Assembly: GCA_963760795.1 (NCBI GenBank)
Contig: CAVXEP010000001.1
Location: 32,001-96,000 of the forward strand
DNA length: 64,000 nucleotides
Direction of reading: 5' to 3'
Origin: an uncultured delta proteobacterium
Lineage (GTDB): Bacteria > Desulfobacterota > Binatia > UBA9968
Shown here: in pieces, positions 19,657 to 30,478 of the stretch
How positions within the stretch are numbered: position 1 is the first letter of the stretch
Layout of the letters: every line of letters begins with the position of its first letter
Notes under the pieces: generated by a model
Database searches by the model: none
What the model saw: only the letters and a program-made list of their open reading frames with translations
What the model was told of the DNA's origin: nothing
Position numbers and translations under genes: made by a program

Positions 19657-20748
19657 ATGAAGGGAATAATCGACGCCGACACGCATATTTCTGAGGGGGC
19701 GGCAATGTGGGCGCTGATGGATCAGGCGATGCAGCCGCGCCGGCCGATTCTGATGCAGGTGCCGGACGATACTTGGTACGGCAACCGCGACGCATTCTGG
19801 CTGATCGACGGCGAGATCTATCCCAAGCCGGCGGGTAAGGGGAGTTTTGCGTTGGTCACGCCGTCGGAACAAAAGGTTCAAGCGGGGCGCAAAGACTCGA
19901 CGCCGGCGACGCGCGAGATGACCGACATTAAGGGCCGGCTGGCCGACATGGTCAAGCTCAACACGGCGATGCAGATCGTCTACCCGACGTTGTTTCTGGT
20001 CTACAATACCAAGGACAAAGAACTGGAAGTGGCGCTATGCCGCGCTTACAATCGCTTTCTCGCACAGGCCTGCGCGCAATCCGGCGGCCTGATGAAGTGG
20101 GTGGTCGTGTTGCCGCTGCAATCGATGAATGCCGCCGTCGATGAAATCCGCTTTGCCAAAGAGAACGGCGCGGTGGGGGTTTTCTTCCGCGGCATCGAAG
20201 GCGAGTACACCCTCGATAGTCCGTATCTGTTTCCGGTCTACGCAGAAGCGCAAAAGCTTAACCTGTCGATTTGCGTGCACACCGGCTGCGGCGTGAAGCA
20301 GGTGCTCGAGATGTTCGATCTGGCGCGCAACCATACGTTTGGCCACACCCGCGTCATGCCGCTGTTGGCGTTTCGCGATCTGGTTGCCAACAGGATTCCC
20401 GAACAGTTTCCTAGCCTACGCTTTGGCTTCATCGAAGCGGCCGCGGGTTGGGCGCCGTTTTTGATTCACATCATTCGCCGCCTGCTCAAAGAACGCTTCA
20501 AATATGGCAGCAGCGCCGAGATGTTCCGTGAGTACCGGCTTTATATCGCCTGCGAGGCGGACGAAGATATTCCCTATATCGCCATGCACACGGGCGAAGA
20601 TCACCTACTGATCGGTTCGGACTATCCGCATAACGATCCGTCCCGCGAAGACCAGTTCGTCAACGCGCTCAATGTCCGCGAAGATATCTCGCCGCAATTG
20701 CGGCAGAAGATCTTATACGACAATCCGCGCGCGTTTTATGCGCTCTAG
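19657..20748 (+). CDS. Amidohydrolase-2 family protein
   Basis: IDADTH, YPT, CRAYN, VHTG, GSDYPH, KILYDN. Confidence 0.9.
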   Translation: MKGIIDADTHISEGAAMWALMDQAMQPRRPILMQVPDDTWYGNRDAFWLIDGEIYPKPAGKGSFALVTPSEQKVQAGRKDSTPATREMTDIKGRLADMVKLNTAMQIVYPTLFLVYNTKDKELEVALCRAYNRFLAQACAQSGGLMKWVVVLPLQSMNAAVDEIRFAKENGAVGVFFRGIEGEYTLDSPYLFPVYAEAQKLNLSICVHTGCGVKQVLEMFDLARNHTFGHTRVMPLLAFRDLVANRIPEQFPSLRFGFIEAAAGWAPFLIHIIRRLLKERFKYGSSAEMFREYRLYIACEADEDIPYIAMHTGEDHLLIGSDYPHNDPSREDQFVNALNVREDISPQLRQKILYDNPRAFYAL

Positions 20749-20753
20749 AAGAA

Positions 20754-20832
20754 ATGGAGTGTTGGAGTAATGGAGGGGTGGAGTGATGGGGTTCCGACCT
20801 AATACTCCAATATTCCAGTACTCCATCACTCC
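20754..20832. repeat. TGGAGTAA/TACTCCA octamer palindromic element, family C
   Basis: ATGGAGTGTTGGAGTAATGGAG...TACTCCAATATTCCAGTACTCCATCACTCC. Confidence 0.85.
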
Positions 20833-20856
20833 GGGTGGCGGGCGGGAAAAACGACA

Positions 20857-21816
20857 ATGAAATTGCGGCGCGTCGTTAAATTTGGTTTTGTCATGCTCGC
20901 TCTGCTGTGGGGTTCTCCGGGGTGGGGGCAGGAAGTTTTCATCGGCAATCCCGGCAAGAGCCTTAACTTTTTTCATTTCGATCTGGCGATCGAGCGCGGC
21001 TATTTCCGCGAGCTCGGCCTCGACGTCAAATTGCTCCATACCAAGTGCGATGTCGCGGTGACGGCGTTGCTCACCGGCGACTTGCAGGCGAGCGGCTGCG
21101 TCGGCACGGCGTCGCGGGTGATCGCCAGCCAAAACGTGCCGGTGCGCACGGTGATCTGGCTATTCAAGAAGCCAACCTTTTACGTCGTCGCCAGGCCGGA
21201 GATCAAAAGCGCCGCCGACCTGCGCGGCAAGACCATCGGCATCAGCTCCTTCGGCAGCGACACCGATCTGGCGATGAAAGTATTCGCCCAGAGCGGCAAG
21301 CTCGACCCGGACAAAGATATCAAGCGGATCGTCGCCGGCTCGACGGCAACCCGCTTGCAGGGATTGAAAGCGGGATCGATGGACGCGACGACCTTGTCGC
21401 CGCCGTTTAACATCTACGCCGAGCAGATGGGGCTGCGCGTGCTGGCCTACACGGGGGATTATCTGGAATTTCCTCAGAGCGGTTTCACCGTCGCCGACGC
21501 CACGCTCAAGAACAAGCGCGACTTGATCAAGCGCTTACTGCGCGGCACCCTGCGCGGTTTGCAGTTCACGCTGAAAAATCGCGCCGACACGGTGCGCTTC
21601 ATCGCCAAGGACTACAAGCTGCAAGAAGCGGTAGCTGATAAAGTATATACATCGCTTTTGCCGGCGATGAGCGAGAACGGTTTTGCGACTGACAAGGGAC
21701 TCAGGAACATGATCGAAACCCTCGGCACGGCGGTGGGCAAGAACGTCGACTTTCCGCCGGAGCGTTTGGTCGACTACAATTTACTGAGAGAAGTGCAAAA
21801 AGAGTTGGGCATGTAA
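20857..21816 (+). CDS. SsuA/NMT1-type substrate-binding protein
   Basis: GYFRELGLDV, DLRGKTIGISSFGS, LLREVQKELG. Confidence 0.9.
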   Translation: MKLRRVVKFGFVMLALLWGSPGWGQEVFIGNPGKSLNFFHFDLAIERGYFRELGLDVKLLHTKCDVAVTALLTGDLQASGCVGTASRVIASQNVPVRTVIWLFKKPTFYVVARPEIKSAADLRGKTIGISSFGSDTDLAMKVFAQSGKLDPDKDIKRIVAGSTATRLQGLKAGSMDATTLSPPFNIYAEQMGLRVLAYTGDYLEFPQSGFTVADATLKNKRDLIKRLLRGTLRGLQFTLKNRADTVRFIAKDYKLQEAVADKVYTSLLPAMSENGFATDKGLRNMIETLGTAVGKNVDFPPERLVDYNLLREVQKELGM

Positions 21817-21832
21817 CGAAAGGACAGAGGCG

Positions 21833-22786
21833 ATGAATTTGATTTTTCTGAAGCCGTTCTTAGGATTGTTGGGACTCGCGCTGGTTGCCAGCGGCGCATT
21901 CGCCGCCGACGCGCCGCAGAAAATTCGCATCGTTTACGCTAGCCGCAGCAGCTCGGCGCTACCGCAATACATGGCTGTGCAAAAAGGTTACTTCAAAGAG
22001 CAGGCCCTCGATGTCGAAATCATTCAGATGAACCCGCGCCTGGGTGCCGCAGCTATCACCAGCGGCGAGGTCGCCTTCGCGACGCCGTTCACCAGCACTT
22101 TTCGCGGTGCTCTTCAGGGCCTGCCGATTAAGCTTGTTTTCGTCCACATTAAGAAAGGTCCCTACTATGTGATGGTGCGCCCCGAGATCAAAGACGTTCA
22201 ACAACTCCGAGGTAAGAAGATCGGTGTCGCGACGATCAAGGGCACGGACCAGTTGGTCGCCGAGGAGATGCTACAAGCTAAAGGATTCAACATCAGCCAG
22301 ATTCAAGCCGTTGCCATCGGCGATGGGCCGGTGCGCATGCAGGCGCTAGTTAGCGGCGCAGTCGAAGCGGTGTGCCTGGCGCCGCCTCATGATTTCATGC
22401 TGCGCAAGATGGGCTACAACGCGCTCCTCGGTCCGCCGGACGTCGGTCTGCCTTCCGCCGGAATGCTGACGTCAGACAAGCTGATCAAAGAAAATCCCCA
22501 ACTGGTGCGGCGCACGCTAAAGGCGCTGCTGCGCTCGCACCATCATATTATCGAGAATCGCCAAGATGCGATCCAGACGCTGATCAAATGGCTGCCGCAA
22601 CCGATCGACATCGCCGAGCACTCTTACGACGCCGAGCTAAGGACGGGGCTCAACCGCGACGGCACCATGACCGACGCCGAGATCGAAGCGATCATCGAGC
22701 GGGTTGGCGAAAAGAAGCGGCCGCTGGATGAAGTGCGAGATTTCTCTTTCGCGCGCGCGGCGCTGAAGGAGCTGGGGCGACAATAG
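21833..22786 (+). CDS. SsuA/NMT1-type substrate-binding protein (paralog group P)
   Basis: IQMNPRL, FTSTFRG, KKRPLDEVRDF. Confidence 0.9.
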   Translation: MNLIFLKPFLGLLGLALVASGAFAADAPQKIRIVYASRSSSALPQYMAVQKGYFKEQALDVEIIQMNPRLGAAAITSGEVAFATPFTSTFRGALQGLPIKLVFVHIKKGPYYVMVRPEIKDVQQLRGKKIGVATIKGTDQLVAEEMLQAKGFNISQIQAVAIGDGPVRMQALVSGAVEAVCLAPPHDFMLRKMGYNALLGPPDVGLPSAGMLTSDKLIKENPQLVRRTLKALLRSHHHIIENRQDAIQTLIKWLPQPIDIAEHSYDAELRTGLNRDGTMTDAEIEAIIERVGEKKRPLDEVRDFSFARAALKELGRQ

Positions 22787-22808
22787 CCCGGAGTAAGGCA
22801 ATAGCCCG

Positions 22809-22902
22809 GAGTAATGGAGTGGTGGAGTACTGGAGGGTTGGGCCGGAATTCCGAAAACCCATCACTCCACCACTCCACCACTCCAGTACTCCATCACTCC
22901 AA
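22809..22902. repeat. Family C octamer palindromic element
   Basis: GGAGTAATGGAGTGGTGGAGTACTGGAG...CCATCACTCCACCACTCCACCACTCCAGTACTCCATCACTCCAA. Confidence 0.85.
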
Positions 22903-22907
22903 TCCTC

Positions 22908-24047
22908 TCAGTGGTTTCTATTCGTGTCGTAGTCTTCGCCTAACTCCGACGCTCCGACAATCTGCGCGGCAATGTCGTGGCGGCCATGCATCATGTGCAG
23001 GTGCATGTCGCGGTAAAAACGTTCCAGCGGATGTTTGACGAATAGCGCCGTCGAGCCGCAGATCTCCGCGCTGCTCCAGATGATTTTTTCCAGAGTCTCT
23101 TTGGCCATCCACTTGGCTTCGTGAGCGGCGACCATCGCTTCGTTGGGACGGTTCTTGAACATGCGCACGGCGGTGTAGAGGATTAGCCGCGCGGCGTCGA
23201 GCATGCTTTTGAGCTCGCCGAAACGTAGTTGCCGGTAACTGTCCCTGGCGCCGTTTCTTTCGCGAATATAGGCGAGCGCCCAGTCGTACATGGCGCGCGC
23301 TGAGCCGAGATAGTTCGCCGTGAACGCGAAGTTGATCTTGCCCATCCAGTTTTCGCCGAGAAATTGCCCCGGCTGTCCGAGCAGATTTTCTTCCGGCACG
23401 AAGCAGTTATCTAAGTATAGCCATGGGCTGACGCAGGCGCGCATGCCGGTGGGGCGCCACGCCTCGGTGTCGATTTTCAAGCCCGGCGTGTCTTTGTGCA
23501 GCATGAACATGATTGGCTTGGGATGGGAATCCGACGCGACCCGGCCGATCCAAAGCCACTCGGCCATGCTCGCATTGGTGGCGTAGTGCTTGGTGCCGCT
23601 GACGAGATAACCGCCGCTCACTTTTTTCGCGCCGGTAGGCGCCACACCGTAGGGCTCGGCACCGGCGCCGGGGAGCAGCGCGCCGCGGTCGATGGTCGGC
23701 GCGAGCCATTTTTTCACCTGCTCATCGCGCGCCATGGCGTCGATCATCATCAGGCCGTTGTTGTGCACCTGAAAGCAGTGCGCCGTGGACGGATTGCCGT
23801 AGGCGAGGTGCTCGTCGATCAAGAAAAAACTCAACGGATCATCGCCATACAGACCGAAGCCCAAGCCGCCGCGCTTCTTGTCGAGATTGGCGAGTAGCCA
23901 GCCTTGGCGATGGAGATCTAGAATATCTTCCACCGGCATGGCGAACTCGGCGTCATAGCTAGCCGCGCGCGGCGCGATGCGTTCCTTGACGAGTGCGTTA
24001 ACGCGCTCGATCAGGTGTTGCTGTTCTGGGGTGAAGCCGAAGTCCAA
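22908..24047 (-). CDS. Acyl-CoA dehydrogenase-fold flavoprotein (possibly monooxygenase-type)
   Basis: DFGFTPEQ, SGTKHYATN, W.PTGMRA..S, HPLERFYRD. Confidence 0.85.
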   Translation of the reverse strand: MDFGFTPEQQHLIERVNALVKERIAPRAASYDAEFAMPVEDILDLHRQGWLLANLDKKRGGLGFGLYGDDPLSFFLIDEHLAYGNPSTAHCFQVHNNGLMMIDAMARDEQVKKWLAPTIDRGALLPGAGAEPYGVAPTGAKKVSGGYLVSGTKHYATNASMAEWLWIGRVASDSHPKPIMFMLHKDTPGLKIDTEAWRPTGMRACVSPWLYLDNCFVPEENLLGQPGQFLGENWMGKINFAFTANYLGSARAMYDWALAYIRERNGARDSYRQLRFGELKSMLDAARLILYTAVRMFKNRPNEAMVAAHEAKWMAKETLEKIIWSSAEICGSTALFVKHPLERFYRDMHLHMMHGRHDIAAQIVGASELGEDYDTNRNH

Positions 24048-24083
24048 TGGGCGCCTTCCTGGTTGCTAACCTGAAGGGATCTG

Positions 24084-24150
24084 TTCATCACGAAGGGCAC
24101 GAAGTTCGGAAGATTATTTCTTTACCTCCTTCGTTCTCTTCGTGGTGGAA
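24084..24150. repeat. Family B element
   Basis: TTCATCACGAAGGGCACGAAG...CTTCGTTCTCTTCGTGGTGGAA. Confidence 0.75.
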
Positions 24151-24166
24151 GAGGATTTGTTCCCGG

Positions 24167-25155
24167 TTATTTGTAAATTTCCTTGATGAAGCCGGACTTT
24201 TCCAGGTCGGCGACAAACGAGTTGTCGATGAACTGTTCCGGTTTGGCGGTTTTGCCGGCGGGATTGACCGAGTAATTAAGCATCGTCTGCATGCCGGCGG
24301 CGGAAACGTACGGGGCTTGCTCCCAAAATTTCACATAGGTGTTGTAGGTTTCGTCGAGGTCTTCCTTGTTATCAGTCTTGGTGTATTTGGCGATGACCTG
24401 TTTGGCCGCCTCGGGATCGGTGCGAGCGATTTTTGTGCCTTCAATATAGGCCTGTACATAGCGCCGCACTTTGTCGGGATTGGCCTTGATGAAGTCGCGC
24501 GTGGTCGCCAATCCGGCGTGGATCAGCGGGACATTTTTCGCGCCGATGTCGACCAATTCCTTGAGCCCGGCTTGACGCAGCTTCAACGTTGAGGGCGCGG
24601 AAACCACCGCGGCGTCGATGCGTCCCGCTCCGAGGGCGGTAATGATATCGGGCATGCCTTGCAAGTGAGTGATCTGCACGTCTTTGCCGCGTCACCATGC
24701 CGGCCTGCTGAAACAGGATCTTCGCGGTCACGTCGGTGGTCGAGCCGGGTAAGGTCACACCGAAGACCTTGCCGCGCAGGTCGGTGAGCTGTTTGAACTC
24801 CGGTTTGCTGTAGATTGAGAGCACGGCGCGATTCAATATGCCGATGATGAAGGCGACTCGCGCGCCGCCCAGACCCGCTTCGATGATTTCCGTCGCCGGG
24901 TTGACGATGTCGACGCTGCCGGATAGCAGCGCTTGGGTGCCGGTGGCCGAAAGCAAGTATTTCATGTCGACCGCCAGGCCATATTTCGCGAACAGCCCTT
25001 TGTCGAGGGCGAGCCAAAGCGGGGCAAAGGCGCCACCGATGGAGGAGTAGGTCGCCCGCAGCGGCATCAGCTCGGCGCCGCGAACCACGGTGTTTGCCGA
25101 TAGGGCAGCAATCAGTAACGGCTAAGAAAAGGTAACGGCTACGACCAGAGCGCAT
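24167..25155 (-). CDS. SsuA/NMT1-type substrate-binding protein (frameshifts ~25095 and ~24690)
   Basis: Three overlapping ORFs give signal peptide, GLFAKYGLAV, DLEKSGFIKEIY. Confidence 0.8.
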
Positions 25156-25303
25156 CGGACTTCCCCCTGAGAAAAAGTTTAGGCAGATATATTAAAAAAT
25201 GACGCGTTGCGCTAGGGGCACCGATAACCTGGGTTTAGCGCTATCTCTTGCGGGGCTGCTTATGTTAGGAAGGAATCGCTAATCGAACCCAGGGAGGAAA
25301 TCC

Positions 25304-26260
25304 ATGGCCGGTAAATTTTTATGGGTTTTAAGCGTAATCCTGACGGGGTCGATCTTTGCGGGCACGCCGGTGCGAGCTGCGGATGCCCCGCAGAAAATTC
25401 GCTTTGCCTACGCCAGCCGGAGCAACATCGTCACGCCGAAGCATCTCGCCCAGTCGCGCGGGTTCTTTCGCGCCGAAGGGCTGGAAGTCGAGATGATCCA
25501 GATGAACCCTCGTCTGAGCGCGACGGCGATCATCAACGGCGACGTCACCTACGCCGATGCATTTACCAGCACGTTTCGCGGCATCATGCAGGGGTTTCCG
25601 ATCAAATTGGTTCTGGTGCACCAAAAGAAGGGGCCGTATTTCCTGATTGCCCGTCCGGAGCTCAAAGACATTCAACAGCTGAAGGGCAAAAGGCTCGGTG
25701 TCGCGACATTGCGCGGCTCGGATCACCTGGTGGCCGACGAGTTGATGCTGGCAAAAGGGTTCAATCCAGCGACCGTGCAGCCGATCGTGATCGGCGACGC
25801 GTCCATGCGCTATCAGGCGATGATCGGCGGTATCATCGATGTCGTGGCGGTGGCGACCCCCCAGGACTTGATGTTACGCCAGAAGGGTTTCACCGTCTTC
25901 GCCGGGCCGCCGGAAGTCGGCGTGCCGGGTTCAGGGGTGTTCACCTCGGAAAAGTTTCTCCGGGAAAATTCCGCGGCGGTGAAAAAAACCTTGCGCGCGC
26001 TGCTGCGGGCGCACCATTACATTCTCGACAACCGAAGCGAAACGATTCAAGCGATGATGCAGTGGCTGCCGCAATCGTTGGAGGTGGCCAGCCACTCCTA
26101 TGATATCGAGATGAAGGCGTTGACGCTGGACGGCTTGATGACCGACGGCGAGATCGACACGCTGGTCGCCAAGCTCGGCGAGAAAAAGCGGCCGATGGAC
26201 GAGGTTCGAGACTTTACGCTGCTTAGGCAAGCGCTGAAGGAATTGGAGAGTGGTAAATAG
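25304..26260 (+). CDS. SsuA/NMT1-type substrate-binding protein (paralog group P)
   Basis: RBS GGAGG; IQMNPRL, DAFTSTFRG, GPPEVG. Confidence 0.9.
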   Translation: MAGKFLWVLSVILTGSIFAGTPVRAADAPQKIRFAYASRSNIVTPKHLAQSRGFFRAEGLEVEMIQMNPRLSATAIINGDVTYADAFTSTFRGIMQGFPIKLVLVHQKKGPYFLIARPELKDIQQLKGKRLGVATLRGSDHLVADELMLAKGFNPATVQPIVIGDASMRYQAMIGGIIDVVAVATPQDLMLRQKGFTVFAGPPEVGVPGSGVFTSEKFLRENSAAVKKTLRALLRAHHYILDNRSETIQAMMQWLPQSLEVASHSYDIEMKALTLDGLMTDGEIDTLVAKLGEKKRPMDEVRDFTLLRQALKELESGK

Positions 26261-26311
26261 GCAAGAGACGGCGGGCACCGTCTTCTCGAGCGCAGCGAAG
26301 GATCGGCGACA

Positions 26312-27262
26312 ATGGGAAAAATCGCAGCGATTGGATTGACGATCGCCACGCTAGCTTCGGCGCCGGGCGAGGCTCACGCCGCTGAAGCTCCGCAAAAAGT
26401 TCGCTTTGTTCACGCCAGCCGAAGCAACTCGATGGCGCCCAAGCTGATCGCCCAGTCCAAAGGTTTCTTTAGAGCCGAAGGTCTCGAGACCGAGATGATT
26501 CAGATGAATCCGCGCTTGGCCGCTACCGCGCTCCTGAGCGGCGAAGCGGCGTTTTCGGACGCTTTTACCAGTGTCTTTCGCGGCATTCTGCAGGGTTTCC
26601 CAATCAAGACCGTCTTCGTGCACCAGAAAAAGGGGCCGTATTTTTTACTGGCGCGGCCGGAGTTCAAAGAGGTCCAGCAGTTGAAGGGCAAGAAGCTCGG
26701 TGTGGCGACGCTGCGTGGTTCGGATCACCTGGTGGCGGAGGAGTTACTACAATCGAAAGGCTTCAACCCAAGCTTGATTCAGGTTCTCGCCGTCGGCGAT
26801 GCGGCGACGCGCTTTCAATCCCTCAGCAGCGGCGCCGTCGATGTGATCGCGGTGGGCACGCCCCATGATCTGATGCTGCGGCAAAAAGGATTCTCCGTGC
26901 TCGCCGGGCCGCCGGAAGTCGGTTTGCCCGGCGCCTGTGTATTCACGCCGGAACGGTTTCTGCGTGAACATCCGCAGACGGTGCGAAAAACTTTGAAAGC
27001 GCTGTTGCGCGCCCATCAATACATTCTCGACAACCGCCAGGAGACCATTCAAGCGCTGCTGCAATGGCTGCCTCAGACTCCGGAAGTGGCGGCCCATTCC
27101 TACGATTTCGAACTGAAAACGATGACCAAAGACGGTTTGATGAGCGATGCCGAACTCGAGGCTGTGATGGTCAAGTTGGGCGATAAGAAGCGGCCCCTCG
27201 ACGAGGTGCGGGATTTCTCGCTGGCGCGCCAGGCGATGAAAGAATTGGAAGCGGGGAAATAG
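26312..27262 (+). CDS. SsuA/NMT1-type substrate-binding protein (paralog group P)
   Basis: Near-collinear with the preceding gene. Confidence 0.9.
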   Translation: MGKIAAIGLTIATLASAPGEAHAAEAPQKVRFVHASRSNSMAPKLIAQSKGFFRAEGLETEMIQMNPRLAATALLSGEAAFSDAFTSVFRGILQGFPIKTVFVHQKKGPYFLLARPEFKEVQQLKGKKLGVATLRGSDHLVAEELLQSKGFNPSLIQVLAVGDAATRFQSLSSGAVDVIAVGTPHDLMLRQKGFSVLAGPPEVGLPGACVFTPERFLREHPQTVRKTLKALLRAHQYILDNRQETIQALLQWLPQTPEVAAHSYDFELKTMTKDGLMSDAELEAVMVKLGDKKRPLDEVRDFSLARQAMKELEAGK

Positions 27263-27280
27263 CCGCGCTACCGCGCGGTG

Positions 27281-27357
27281 GTTAGGGGTGAGGGGGTAAA
27301 GGGTAAGGGGTTCGGAGTCGGGGTGGACGCCTAACGCCTCACCCCTGACGCCTTACG
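27281..27357. repeat. Family E heptamer palindromic element
   Basis: GTTAGGGGTGAGGGGGTAAAGGGTAAGGGG...CGCCTAACGCCTCACCCCTGACGCCTTACG. Confidence 0.75.
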
Positions 27358-27366
27358 TTCTTTTGA

Positions 27367-27774
27367 CTATTGTCGCGCGCCGAAAGTGTTCTGCTGAATC
27401 ATCCAATCTTTTTGCGGCGACAGGTCGACGCGCTTGTTGTCGATGTTCTGGTCCTTGGCGGTGACGCGGAGTACTTCCAGCGTTTCGCTCGAGGCGCTTT
27501 CGAACCAGTACTTAAAGCCGCGCGGCACCAAGACGCCTTCGCCTTTTTGATACTCGCCGATGACCTTGTCGCCTTCGCCGTAGAAGCGTACCGCGCCGCT
27601 GACGACGTACCAGAAGGCATCTTCGCCGGTATGGGTATGCAGATTATTCTCGCCGCCGTCTTTGACAACCTGGACTTGCACCTTCATCAAGTCGCTATTG
27701 CAAACCTGCCAGGTTTTTTTTGGGCCCTCGAACTCGGGGGTTTTATGTCGAAATTCTTTTAAGTCCTGTGCCAT
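27367..27774 (-). CDS. Cupin-domain protein
   Basis: GGENNLHTH..ED.FWYV..G, VPRGFKYWF. Confidence 0.85.
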   Translation of the reverse strand: MAQDLKEFRHKTPEFEGPKKTWQVCNSDLMKVQVQVVKDGGENNLHTHTGEDAFWYVVSGAVRFYGEGDKVIGEYQKGEGVLVPRGFKYWFESASSETLEVLRVTAKDQNIDNKRVDLSPQKDWMIQQNTFGARQ

Positions 27775-27916
27775 GGGTCACCTCGTTTTGAAGATTTGCC
27801 TCCACCATAATCCCGATTGGGGACGGCGGTCAAGCCGGGCAGCGATTGAAAATAATCGCGAGCCGTTGACGGTGTATTGTCGGTATATTACTTATGCCGT
27901 CACTGAGGTGAATCCG

Positions 27917-28901
27917 ATGAGTCGATGCAAAGTTTCGCTGCTGGCGATTTATCTGTTCTGGCTGTGGCCGGCCTTAGCCGCGGCGCAGAATTTGCCGCTG
28001 CTTAACATGGGTTACAGCGGCGCCGGCATCGGCTCGGATCTATTGAAAGTCATCGAGCGCGCCGGCTTGTGGCGCAGACATGGCATCGAGGTGCGGACGA
28101 TCTACCTGTCGAGCGGTTCTTTGATGGCGCAGACGATGTCGTCGGGCGATATCGGCGTCGCCGGCTTCGATACTCCGGCGATGCTCAACCTGGCGGTGGC
28201 CGGTTCCAACCTCAAGGTGGTCGCCGTGCCGATCAATCGTATCGAGCCGATGTTCGTCGTGCGCAGCAATATTAAAGTGCCCAGGCGATTTGAAGGGCAA
28301 GCGCGTGACCATCAGCCGCTTCGGTTCGGGGTCCGACATCATGACTCGCGTCGCGCTGCGCCATTGGAAGCTCGATCCGGAGAAGGATGTGAGCTTTCTT
28401 CAGACCGGCAATACGCCAACGCGCATCGCCGCCCTGGTGGCCGGGCAGGTGGACGCGGCGTTGGTGAGTTCCACCGGCGTGGCGAAGATTGTCGCCACCG
28501 GCTGTTGCCGGGTGCTGGCCGATCTTGCCGAGCTGCCTCTCGAGTTCGCCAACTACGGGGTTATCGTCTCCGGCTCGCTGCTCAAGAATCAGCGCGATCC
28601 TATCAAGCGTTTCCTCATGGCGCTGATCGATGGCATTCATGTGTTCAAGACCAGGCCGGAGATCGCGCGCGGGGTATTACGCGAGAGTAACAGCGATGCC
28701 GAGGCGATCGGCCCGCTCTACGAACGGCTGAGCAAATCCTTTCGTGACTTTCCCGCCCCCGAGCCGCGCGGCATTCAGAATGTCCTCGATTCGTTGATGG
28801 TGCCCAAGGCAAAGGGCGCGCGCGCCGAGGATTTCATGGATACGACCCTGATGGACGAGATCCGCAAGAGCGGCTTTGTCGAGCGGCTGACGGGGAAGTG
28901 A
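27917..28901 (+). CDS. SsuA/NMT1-type substrate-binding protein (frameshift ~28284)
   Basis: Joined ORFs; LKGKRVTISRFGS, EIRKSGFVE. Confidence 0.8.
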
Positions 28902-28916
28902 GACAGAGACAGAAGG

Positions 28917-30300
28917 ATGGGGAATCTGATTATTACTAATGCGCTCATCATCGCGATGACCGAGCGCGTCTCGTTCTACGGCTATGTGCGCGTGCGTGAC
29001 GGCGCGATTGCCGAGGTTGGTGCCGGCGCGCCACCGGAAACGGCCAAGAACGAGGAGATGCTCGACGGCTCGGGTTGCGTGCTCATGCCGGGACTGGTGA
29101 ACGCTCACACCCATCTCTATCAAGTCTTACTGCGGGCTTAATACCCATCTCTATCAAGTCTTGCTGCGCGCGGTGTGGGAAGACTTGGAGTTGATGCCAT
29201 GGCTGAAGCGCATCTACGGCTGCGCCCGGGTGCTGACTCCGGAGCATTTCTACGCGGGAAGTCTGCTCGGTTGTTTGGAATCGATCCGCGGCGGCGTGAC
29301 CACGGTGTGCGAGCATAATTTTCTCAATCCCAGTCCCGAGTGTGCGCTGGAAACAATCCGGGCGATGCAGGATGCCGGCTTACGTTCGGTGTTTGCCCGC
29401 ACGATTATGGATACCGGGGAGATCGTGCCGGAGTGTACCAAGGAGAAGCCGGAACAGGCGTTTCGTCTCATCGAAGCGCTGCTCGCACGGCATAAAAATT
29501 CTCAGCAGCTCACTTTCATGACCGGGCCGAACACGCCGCCGATCAATACGACGCCCGATCTGCTTCGTGAAGTGCGCCGATTTGCCGATGCCCATTCCCT
29601 CGGCATCAGCGCCCATGTCGCCGAGTCGAAGTCGGTGGTCGAAGCGGTGCGCCGGCAGCATGGCAAGAACGGCGTTGTCGAATTTTTGCATCAGTTCGGC
29701 ATCCCCGCCAAGAATTCGATCTTCGCCCACTCGGTGCATGTTTCGCAGGATGAAATTGTCATTCTCAAAGAAACCGGCTCGTCGGTGTCGCATAATCCGG
29801 TGAGCAACATGATGTTAGGCGATGGCGTAGCGCCGGTGGTGGAAATGTTGCGCCAAGGCGTCAACGTCGCGCTCGGCACCGACGGCGCGGCGAGCAACCA
29901 TTCGCAGGATCTGTTCGATACCATGAAGGCGGCGTCGCTGTTGCAGAAGGTCCAGCACCAAGATGCCGGCGTGATCAAACCGTACGATGTTCTCCGCATG
30001 GCGACCATCGGCGGCGCCAGGGCGTTAGGTTTAAATTCGCTCTGCGGCACCATCGAGGTCGGCAAGCGCGCGGATCTGATTCTCGTCGACATCGACACCG
30101 CGCATAACCAGCCGATCAACGATATCTTCAGCCAGATCGTCCACTGCGCCAAAGCCAGCGATGTTCGGACGGTGATGATCGACGGCGCGATCGTCATGCG
30201 CGACCGCGAGCTCGCGGGCCTCGATGATAAGAAGATATTGGCCGACGCCAAACTCGCCAACCGCGATTTGCTCGAGCGGGTGAGCGGCTTGGCGTTCTAA
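28917..30300 (+). CDS. Metal-dependent amidohydrolase (MTA/SAH-deaminase/Atz-like), split by a 34-nt duplication
   Basis: MPGLVNAHTH, HVAES, AHSVH, HNPVSN, LGTDG, GKRADL. Confidence 0.85.
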
Positions 30301-30363
30301 CCTGTGCGACTGGATTGCGGCTATCCGCGTCGCAGTCATCGCTGGCCACGGAAGGACGGAGCG

Positions 30364-30443
30364 GAGAGATTTCTCGGTCGCTTCGTTTCTGCGAAATAAC
30401 AGGCGACCCGCGGCTGTCATTTCGACCCCTGGGAGAAATCTTT
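30364..30443. repeat. TGTCATT.CGA...GAAATCT REP-like element, family F
   Basis: AGAGATTTCTC...CGAAATAACA and TGTCATTTCGACCCCTGGGAGAAATCT. Confidence 0.65.
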
Positions 30444-30478
30444 CTGCAATTGGTTCAAACGGTAAATCGCCAGCGCCG

